A stretch of 64,000 nt of DNA from Candidatus Poribacteria bacterium (lineage in GTDB: Bacteria; Poribacteria; WGA-4E; PCPOR2b), in contig OZ240245.1 of assembly GCA_965198175.1 (NCBI GenBank), positions 4,448,001-4,512,000 on the forward strand, given 5' to 3'. Positions within the stretch are counted from its first letter, which is position 1, and each line of letters opens with the position of its first letter. Under the pieces are notes generated by a model that saw only the letters and a list, made by a program, of their open reading frames with translations, did no database searches and had not been told where the DNA came from. Position numbers and translations under genes: made by a program. Shown piece after piece: positions 53,001 to 60,224 of the stretch.

Positions 53001-53803
53001 ACCAACGACACGACTTTGTACTAGTCAAGGCGGACGGGTATCTCGCTGGGAAGGTTGTGGATGCCGATGGTCAGCCGATTGAACGGGCGTGGGTGATGGT
53101 AAGAGCCAAAGAAGACTTGTTCACCGGCTACCGCCACTCCCCCGCTCGCACCGACGTACATGGCGAGTTTGAACTTAGGCGCATAAAGGATTCAGTTGTG
53201 TCGATCCATGTGAGAGATAAAGGATACCGCAAAACTTTTAAGGGTATCGCGGTGAACCAGCGCGATTTAGTCTTCGCACTTACGCCGGCTGACGCGAGAC
53301 CGGAGCCGACTCCAGAACAGCAAGCGGAACGGTCATACTCCGAACCCTGTAGGGAACGCTTTAAAACTTTAGTGAACCGCCCCGCACCAGAATTGACGGT
53401 TGCAGAGTGGCTATCAGGTCCCCCTGTCTCCGTCGAGGATATGAAGGGAAAGACAGTTGCCCTGCATTTCTGGACTTTGAATCACAACCATCATGTCCGA
53501 CAGATACGTCTGTTGCAAATATTGCAGGAGGTCTATCGAGACAAAGGACTGGCCTGCGTCGCTATTTGTCCCGCCGCAGTAGACGTCGAGACGATTAAAC
53601 AACACATCGCAGACCAGTCGCTGTCTTACGCGATCGGGCTAGACCGCCCAACACAGGTCGTCGGCGCAAAAGGCGAAACCTCCCATCAATACGCTGTCGG
53701 ATGGGGAATTCCATTCGTTCTAATTGACACAGCGGGAGAGATTACCGGAGGCGCCTGGGAGCATGACCTCGAAGCTCAGATTCAAATTTTGCTTGCGGAT
53801 TGA
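50054..53803 (+). CDS. ECF sigma factor fused to TM, carboxypeptidase-regulatory-like repeats and a thioredoxin-like domain
   Basis: Full-length paralog of 42153..45833. Confidence 0.9.
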   Translation: MYTADEKLVSQTLAGDRDAFGVLVHKYQDMVYTYAFQKVRNETDSQDITQEVFLKAFRHLQKLRHPHLFRSWLYTIMSNECKRWLERVTKKRRREIALEHAVDDSLQIQPEHTVPTKGWEVDLEQAISALPDESRIVVSMFYMGDCSLKEISEFLGVSVNTVKSKLHRARQQLGISLSEHYGKFVKSQNLKGGFLMQLMEQIRHIPSPTMGFAWSSTTVSKTLFTLITALCVLIGLIGGRSDSPNVPTRNQIGLSQSDTSRWPIAVTLHTPDRYATRPTVSGIPTPSGMHLLAVSDRARTVQSRQSIDGRSISANRGAKNAKPQLPAVAARDDGEKLIYSGRVVDSDGAPVGDAELRYAVSFYPLEGDAGSGHSSYYGPFFSTRTGADGTFRFELSPSGLKWMPFDSKDMLSRLNIAVTHPNHAIWWQEFPFQSTADIGIQLEMPEIISGKVMNEAGEPIQNAEVLMNSLSSGDPMLREPGDDLDHYALPQPVKTDANGEFVLPGLPQGATISLDVRGPGYAKEMRHSVPVSAKKLEFRLKREGRIEGRLTYAGSGKPVRSAMVSIQGIHPTDGWGQAHVNWFWGKYRLKNVAPGTHSLYLYNLPKGWTALPKEFIKVAEGETVSNVDFALIRSGFITGRVTDQDTNEPIAHHPIRLNDAAFPEGFQLGVHHTSTDETGAYHFDAAPGQAVVHTNTPTGYQDIGWTERLDIGQVQRRVDVAEGETVSVDFQFSKGIKLTGRLVDETGKPVAGARITNVKRRLKDYGTSDEMGMFTVGGLRIGRKIALKAVHSALGLRGTVEIEVQPEMPVEIRMKRYQRIAVSGRVVDREGKAMRLANIHLIHWDHQRGIGSDTIVAVTDNDGRFQDIALIVGDEYEIDVKLNGYRNAETEQFTATAAMNPIANLVLLPAGGQFFIEGRVTDNSGEPVRGVQLSISQAGQHWSIRTDENGDYRFEDLSMAVVSTLYIHHPGHANHEFKILRTNQRHDFVLVKADGYLAGKVVDADGQPIERAWVMVRAKEDLFTGYRHSPARTDVHGEFELRRIKDSVVSIHVRDKGYRKTFKGIAVNQRDLVFALTPADARPEPTPEQQAERSYSEPCRERFKTLVNRPAPELTVAEWLSGPPVSVEDMKGKTVALHFWTLNHNHHVRQIRLLQILQEVYRDKGLACVAICPAAVDVETIKQHIADQSLSYAIGLDRPTQVVGAKGETSHQYAVGWGIPFVLIDTAGEITGGAWEHDLEAQIQILLAD

Positions 53804-53837
53804 GCGGTTCATAAAATCCACCTCTGTCATTTAAGAA

Positions 53838-53940
53838 GCGGTGTAGGTTGGGTTGGATGATCAACCTACCGAAAAGGGAAGACGATAGTCTTCATCTCCA
53901 TCAACAACACCGTCTTATTAATAGATAGTGAAACCCAACC
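53838..53940. repeat. REP unit with expanded loop
   Basis: gtaggttgggttg ... gtgaaacccaacc between convergent genes. Confidence 0.75.
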
Positions 53941-53962
53941 CACTCTTGCTGTTTTTGTGGAC

Positions 53963-55807
53963 TCAGGGGTTGAGATACTTGCGGAACCAGTGCAACGTCC
54001 GCTCCCACCGATCTTTTTTATGAGATTCTTTGTCAAGGCCGTGCCCTGCACCCTTGTAAAGCACATAGGTAACCTCCTTTCCGAGCGCCCTTAGGTATGC
54101 CGTATACAGTTCGGCTTCTTGCCGGGCTTCATTTTCCCCCTGAAGGATTAGAACGGGAGTTTCGACGTTGGCAACGTAGCTGATGGGCGATAGTTCTTGG
54201 TAGACATGTGGAACTTCCCACGGTGCCCCTCCCAACTCTTGCGAGCAAACTGCGGCCCACCGTGTTGTGTGGTGCCCTAGTCCGCAAGTTACACGGTAGT
54301 CGTAGAGTCCACCTAGCAGGACAGCAGCCCGAAAGAGCGTTGATTTCCCAATGGTGTAAGCGCCAAGTATAGCGCCATAACTAAAACCGTGTACCCCCAT
54401 TCTCGCCTTGTCGCACATCTTTTGAGACGCCAACCAGTTAATGCCGCACATAGCGTCTTTATAGTCTATTTCTTCAGTTGGCGGGTCGCACCACTGATAC
54501 TGTTGGCTCCCACGAAAGTCGGGCGCGAATACCTGAAACCCATTGGCTGCCAACCAATGCCACTCACGGTAAAAGATTGCCGCGCCGCCCTCAGTCGGCC
54601 CGCCATGCAAATCGACGATGGTAGGATTCTCCGGGCTCATCGACTTGCCTAACGGCGGAACAACACATCCTTGAATCACCAAACCGTCGTAGGATTGCCA
54701 CTCGACAAGGGAAGCATCTGCTAGCTCGTATTCGGCGAGTTGGCCGCTGAATTGTGTGATTGTGCGTTCCTCTCCAGAATCAAGTGAGATGAGGTGAGCA
54801 TCCGGCAGCGTCAACAATCCCCAAAACACCGTCAAGAGCTTCCGCCCGTCCCGGCTTATCCCTGCAAGGTTGGTCCATCCTGTTCGATTAACAATAACCT
54901 CTTTTCGTCCAGTTCGTATATCGACAGAGAAGACATGGCGGTTGATTCCCTTTAATCCGCTACAGTATATTTTCCGACTGTCATGTCCCCAACAGACGAA
55001 ATTAACGAAGTATTCATCGTCCAATATCCGCACCTGTTTTGAATCCCTCTCCATGATGGCGCACATATTACGCACGGGATGATTGTAGCTATATGGAGAG
55101 TAGCCCATAGCCAAATAATTGCCGCACGGAGACCATGAGGGTGAAATTATCTCGTTCTTGCTGGGACAAATGCGGTCGTTTCTACTGCCAGTTCTTCGAT
55201 CTATATCAAAAAGGCGTTGATCGACGTCGTCTTGATTCCTAATTTCAATGATTGACCAAACAGTCAGCCAATTGCCATCAGGATGCCAAGCTACGGCTTC
55301 GTAGGATTCTCCCGGACTTGATTCCACAAGCAGGGTGGTTTCGTCCGTCTCTACATGAATAATTACGATTAAACTCACAGAAGTTAGCGGGGGTGGAAGC
55401 ACGATAACAATATCGTCCTCGGTGCCTTCATCTTGTATTTCTAGATCCCGTTTCGCAATGAGGGCGATAAACTTACCGTCAAATGACCATTGGAAGAAAC
55501 TGACATTTTCCGCGTCCCCTGCCAACTGCCTCTCGGTTCCATCGGGGTATCTAAGCCAAACCCCTGAACTCTCTGGCTTCAAGAAAGCAAGCATGTCAGG
55601 TTGGACGGGCGACCATTTCGGGAATCTTCCACTGAATGGTTCGTACGACTTCGATGTTTCCAGCTCAGTGATATGAATCTGATTCCGATGCGTGTAGGCA
55701 ACTCGTAAGCCATCCGCTGAGAGATCGCAGTCCGGCGAAAGGTCACGACGTGCAATTCCCGCATACGGAAATGATGCAACTTCATCAACTGTAATTGGTC
55801 GTGGCAT
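53963..55807 (-). CDS. S9 family peptidase (beta-propeller + alpha/beta hydrolase)
   Basis: HGGP, DFRGS, GFSYG nucleophile, GAGHG; WSP propeller repeats. Confidence 0.9.
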   Translation of the reverse strand: MPRPITVDEVASFPYAGIARRDLSPDCDLSADGLRVAYTHRNQIHITELETSKSYEPFSGRFPKWSPVQPDMLAFLKPESSGVWLRYPDGTERQLAGDAENVSFFQWSFDGKFIALIAKRDLEIQDEGTEDDIVIVLPPPLTSVSLIVIIHVETDETTLLVESSPGESYEAVAWHPDGNWLTVWSIIEIRNQDDVDQRLFDIDRRTGSRNDRICPSKNEIISPSWSPCGNYLAMGYSPYSYNHPVRNMCAIMERDSKQVRILDDEYFVNFVCWGHDSRKIYCSGLKGINRHVFSVDIRTGRKEVIVNRTGWTNLAGISRDGRKLLTVFWGLLTLPDAHLISLDSGEERTITQFSGQLAEYELADASLVEWQSYDGLVIQGCVVPPLGKSMSPENPTIVDLHGGPTEGGAAIFYREWHWLAANGFQVFAPDFRGSQQYQWCDPPTEEIDYKDAMCGINWLASQKMCDKARMGVHGFSYGAILGAYTIGKSTLFRAAVLLGGLYDYRVTCGLGHHTTRWAAVCSQELGGAPWEVPHVYQELSPISYVANVETPVLILQGENEARQEAELYTAYLRALGKEVTYVLYKGAGHGLDKESHKKDRWERTLHWFRKYLNP

Positions 55808-55881
55808 ACACAAAGTTCTCCTTATTAACAACGAGGCGGTATTGATGCAGGAGCGGTAACCCAGTTAGACGTAGTCTAAAC

Positions 55882-56292
55882 TTATGGCTGAACATGGGGA
55901 ATCATCAGTAATTCAAAAAAGTGAACAAGATCTTCGAATTTCTTGTAAAAAAACAGTTTCTGCGAAATCCCCTGTAGTGTCGTTGAAATGTCTGAACCCT
56001 CTTTTGCAATTACTACAATTGGAGTTTTCTTGGCGTATGCGTAGCCGGCTTCGATGCCTAATCCTACTCCTTTATCTGTTAGGTCGACCACGATTAGGTG
56101 ACTCGAATCAATTGCTGCAAATGACCTTTGCATTAATTCTTCGGAACTTAATTCGACTTGTCCCCAATTCTCGATGTCACGGGCGACACACACTGTTTCA
56201 ATGCCGTTTCGCTCAAGTGCGGATGAGATTTTTTGGATACAATCTCTGTTACTGTTGTCTTCACGGTATTTGATGGAGATAAAGGCTTTCAT
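55882..56292 (-). CDS. Nucleoside 2-deoxyribosyltransferase-like protein
   Basis: IDSSHLIVVD..KGVGLGIEAGYAYAKKTP. Confidence 0.75.
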   Translation of the reverse strand: MKAFISIKYREDNSNRDCIQKISSALERNGIETVCVARDIENWGQVELSSEELMQRSFAAIDSSHLIVVDLTDKGVGLGIEAGYAYAKKTPIVVIAKEGSDISTTLQGISQKLFFYKKFEDLVHFFELLMIPHVQP

Positions 56293-56391
56293 AGTTCACC
56301 ATGCAAAAAAGTACCGTCAATCGGAATTCAAGGCAATTTCTCACGTAACTCATGCCCCATTATTGGGCGACCATTATACTATTTGGGTATT

Positions 56392-57609
56392 TTACATTTC
56401 CCCGCTTAACCCTGAAGAACCCATAATATTTGCAAGCGTTTCCATGCCTTTTGCCAAGAGCGAAAAATCGACATTCAACGCGGGAAATACTCTGAGGACT
56501 TTGCCGTGCACAACGTTGATGATGACCCCTTGCTCCAGACACTGCTTTGCAAGGGTTGATGCCAGCTCCTCGGAAGATAGTTCACACCCTATCAGAAGAC
56601 CGCAGCCTCGAATATCAACAATCCGTTCCGCCGCAGTGCGTTGAACCTCTCTCAGGGAGTCTGTTACAATCTCTCCTGCTTTCTCACAATGTTCGAGGAT
56701 TCGATGCTCTAGCAACTCTCGGATGACGGCAACAACCGCAGAACAGGCGATTGGATTGCCTGCAAAGGTGCCCCCATGATCCCCCTTTTCGATTGTTGCG
56801 GCGACGCTATCGGTTATAACAATAGCGCCGACGGGAAATCCACCGCCCAAGCATTTGCCCAAAAGGAGGATATCGGGGGTCACGTCTTCGTGGTTGGCTG
56901 CGAACATTTCTCCTGTTCGACCGATGCCGGTCTGAATTTCATCGAAGATGAGCAGTATCTCATGCCTATCCGCTATCTCTCTCAAACCTTTCAGATAACC
57001 GACCGGCGGCACATTTACTCCACCTTCTCCCTGTATCGGCTCTACGATAATTGCGGCTGTTTCCTGATCGATGGCAGCTTCGATAGCCTCGCAACTCCCG
57101 AATTCAACGAACTTCGTCCCAGACAATAACGGCTCAAACGGCGCTCGATACCGCTCTTGACCTGTGACAGATGCAGCTCCAAGCGTTCTGCCGTGGAAGC
57201 CGTTCCGACATGCGATGAACCCCGGCTTCTTTTTCGCTCGACGTGCAAGCTTGATTGCGCCCTCTGCGGCTTCAGAACCGCAGTTCGTAAAGAATACCTT
57301 GGTGAGCCCCGGTGGTGAAATGTCACAAAGCAGTTCCGCGGCTTCAGCTTGAGGAATCGTGTAAGACAGATTGCAGTTTGGGGCTTGCATGCACAATCGC
57401 ATCTGCTTTGATATCGCCTCAATCAAAGCGGGATGACAGTGCCCGAGAGTCGTCACTCCCCAGCCTGAAGTCAGGTCAATATATTCCTTCCCGTCAACAT
57501 CCCATATGAGACACCCACTTGCTTTATCAACAACCAAAGGGTTTCTATTGAACACCGGGAAGAAATGTGATTCCGTTTTTTCAATTATCGAATCTGTGTT
57601 ACTCTCCAT
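56392..57609 (-). CDS. argD: Acetylornithine aminotransferase (class III PLP)
   Basis: FHGRT, EPIQGEGG, DEIQTGIGRTG, K of LLGKCLGGG, HGGTF.GNP. Confidence 0.85.
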   Translation of the reverse strand: MESNTDSIIEKTESHFFPVFNRNPLVVDKASGCLIWDVDGKEYIDLTSGWGVTTLGHCHPALIEAISKQMRLCMQAPNCNLSYTIPQAEAAELLCDISPPGLTKVFFTNCGSEAAEGAIKLARRAKKKPGFIACRNGFHGRTLGAASVTGQERYRAPFEPLLSGTKFVEFGSCEAIEAAIDQETAAIIVEPIQGEGGVNVPPVGYLKGLREIADRHEILLIFDEIQTGIGRTGEMFAANHEDVTPDILLLGKCLGGGFPVGAIVITDSVAATIEKGDHGGTFAGNPIACSAVVAVIRELLEHRILEHCEKAGEIVTDSLREVQRTAAERIVDIRGCGLLIGCELSSEELASTLAKQCLEQGVIINVVHGKVLRVFPALNVDFSLLAKGMETLANIMGSSGLSGEM

Positions 57610-57745
57610 TCAACCCTCCATGCTTAGAAAAACATTCCTGATGAAAGACGGTCAGATACATCGCTAGCTCAAAGAAGATATAATCTGAACAAAAAGAAAA
57701 AATTTACGTGCCACATCAAATTCTCGCTGACACTAGCAAGTTGGA

Positions 57746-58498
57746 TTAGCAGCTTTTTATAATGGCAAAGACTGCATCAATCATGACTTGCTCGCCCTGT
57801 GCTCTTAGATCTTGTTTTTCAGCGTCGCTCAAGAGAATGTGCTCACCTTGGCAGGGATTATCGAAAACAAACAGCAGCGACAGATGACCCATCTGAAAGT
57901 ATTCTGCAACTGCGAAAGTACTCCCTGTTTCCATGTCGACCGCGATATAGCCCTGACGAGACCATCTCTGAACTTCCAGTATTCCCTCTCCAAGCAGCGC
58001 GGATGTCGTCCAGATAGGTCCTTTGTGCAACGCAACAGGCTCAACTCGTGCGGGCGTAAGAAAGTCGACGAGGTTGGGTGAAGCGTCAATCTCTTGCTTA
58101 TGGGGAGAATAGTATTGTGCCGCCCCCTCTCCGCAATGCGCTGATGTTGCACAGACGATATCGCCGGTGTGAATCCTATCCACCAGTGCGCCGCAACAAC
58201 CGGTTTGGATGACTACCGATGTCCCTAGCACACCGAAAAGATGGGTAATTTCAGAAGCCATTGCATCCCCGTACACAGACGCATAACCAACATCAGTATC
58301 CTGATACGTACCGATCAGCACGTCCTCGAAAATCCCGTTTGTCGATTCGACTTCAAAACAATCGCTGAAAAAGGCACGGTGCTTGATATAATTGCCCTTC
58401 AGGTTTCGGGTCCCACGCAGCACTAATACTTTCGGTATCCTGTCTTCAGGAATATTTAACAGCGAAAGCCATTCGCTTTTTGTTACTTCCTTGAGCAT
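57746..58498 (-). CDS. Nucleoside phosphorylase (PNP/UDP family)
   Basis: QTGCCGAL, GEGA, WTTSA, VDMET. Confidence 0.8.
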   Translation of the reverse strand: MLKEVTKSEWLSLLNIPEDRIPKVLVLRGTRNLKGNYIKHRAFFSDCFEVESTNGIFEDVLIGTYQDTDVGYASVYGDAMASEITHLFGVLGTSVVIQTGCCGALVDRIHTGDIVCATSAHCGEGAAQYYSPHKQEIDASPNLVDFLTPARVEPVALHKGPIWTTSALLGEGILEVQRWSRQGYIAVDMETGSTFAVAEYFQMGHLSLLFVFDNPCQGEHILLSDAEKQDLRAQGEQVMIDAVFAIIKSC

Positions 58499-58508
58499 TT
58501 TTATACCA

Positions 58509-58675
58509 AACTATCCTTGAAATCAATGTCCTCAAGCGTATCGGGTAAGTTCAGTTTCCATTCTTTGTCCATATCTTAAGTAGACACGATACATCGAATC
58601 TGTTCTCCGAGCCACCACGGCTTCCCAATCGTCGAATCAAAGCTCACATTCCAAACGTCCCCTCTTCTAAGGTTG
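58509..58675 (-). pseudogene. MazF/PemK toxin remnant (internally deleted)
   Basis: NLRRGDVWNVSFDSTIG followed shortly by GEQIRCI...PDTLEDID. Confidence 0.45.
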
Positions 58676-58999
58676 CACCTTCAGAGTTGACCGATTCGTC
58701 CCTGCAACTTCTAACGACCCGTTTGCGGTCTGCTTTTGCCTTTTCTATGTCTCGACTCTGCGAACTTTTTTCGGTTTTGATATATGTCTACGTTCATATA
58801 ATTCAATTCTAAATTACAATTCACAGATTGTCAAAGGGAAATTACTCAATCGAGCGCCACAAGTGCCAGGTGACGTTACAACAGTTAGCAAAAACACCTA
58901 TTCCCAAAAAACTGGACATGAAACAAAGCCGTGAATTATAATTGAATATCAACTAGAAAACAGAAAAGGGGTTCAATTTTTGTAAGAAGGAGACAAATA

Positions 59000-59670
59000 A
59001 TGTGTGGACGATACACACTTGCGCCCACCCCTGCTAGCTTTACAGATACTTTTCCCAAATTCGAACTTCCCGACCAACTGACGCCGCGTTACAACATTAC
59101 ACCCACACAAGAGGTTGCTGTCGTTGCGAACAAAAACCCGTCAAAATAGAATTCTTTCGTTGGGGACTGATTCCGTCGTGGGCAAAAGACCCGGCAATAG
59201 GCAATCGAACGATCAACGCACGTTCCGAAACACTAGCGCAGAAGCCCTCATTCCGAACCGCGTAAAGGCGTTGGCGATGTCTCGTCTTGGCGGACGGTTA
59301 TTACGAGTGGCGAAAGGAGCCAAATGGAGGCGCAAAAACACCGTTTTACACCCGAATGGCATCGGAGCAGCCCTTCGCCTTCGCGGGGCTGTGGGAGCAG
59401 TGGCAACCATCAAGAGACGCAGATGCGATTCTGTCATGCACAATCATCACGTGTCCACCCAACGAGATGCTGGAACAGATTCATCATCGTATGCCGGTGA
59501 TTCTCGATCATGATGCGTCTGACCTCTGGCTAGAGCCAAACAACCAAGCGCCCGCCGAGCTGAATCACCTTCTCGAACCGTATCCTGTCGATGAGATGAC
59601 AGCCTACGCGGTTTCCCGTTTGGTGAATCAACCGAAGAACGATATGCCGGCGCGCATTCTGCCAGTCTGA
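59000..59670 (+). pseudogene. SOS response-associated peptidase (SRAP/YedK) pseudogene
   Basis: MCGRY start with AAGGAG RBS; frameshift near 59140; WGLIPSWAKD, INARSET; in-frame TAA 59263; ADGYYEW, IHHRMPVIL. Confidence 0.9.
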
Positions 59671-60130
59671 GAACGTCGAACCAAGCGACGCCGCACCTGC
59701 CCTCCGAGTTGCTAAATTAAAACGCATCTGTGGTGTCCGGACTCACTGCATGATATGTAGCACTGGCGCGGTTTATACGACCTTGGAAGCGGTGAGGCGA
59801 CTGGGTGGGAAGCGGATAGAAGTGCTTAAAGCTGCGAATTCGGGAAATGTTCCTACCGGACGACGAGATCAGGTGGTCGGATATATGGCGGCTGCCATAT
59901 ATTGTTGATTGTACGCTTGTTGTCTTGATGGTCACTAGCGTTCACACCCATTTCGCAGCGCCTATCTTATCACACGAACAGGTCAGTGTCAACCGGTAGG
60001 CAAAAGTGAAATATTGACATGCTAAACCCGTAAACCGCTATAAGCGGGCACCCCGAATTTGATATGGATAATCGATTCAATGTGTGTTAGAATGCGGAGG
60101 CGATCGGTTTTTCGGTGAAATTTCGATGTG

Positions 60131-60147
60131 TTGGCATAAAATATGCT
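60131..60147 (+). promoter_or_regulatory. sigma54 (-24/-12) promoter
   Basis: TTGGCATAAAATATGCT (GG-N10-GC) ~80 bp upstream of 60225. Confidence 0.65.
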
Positions 60148-60224
60148 TCTAACTTTTAGTAGGCGCTTGAAGGTTTTTACCCATTACATCTTACGTTTCA
60201 TTCTATCAAACTGCGGGAGAAGGC

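Noticed and set aside
42153..53803. Diversity-generating retroelement acting on the lectin or ECF paralogs
   Set aside because: No reverse transcriptase seen and no adenine-specific TR/VR pair; differences look like ordinary paralog divergence
57697..57714. sigma54 promoter upstream of argD (TGGCACG on minus strand)
   Set aside because: No GC at the -12 position
58762..58790. Fourth ECF promoter (GAAC...GTCTA)
   Set aside because: Spacer is 20 nt, not the conserved 18
59717..59935. 72-aa minus-strand ORF
   Set aside because: No RBS or recognisable motif
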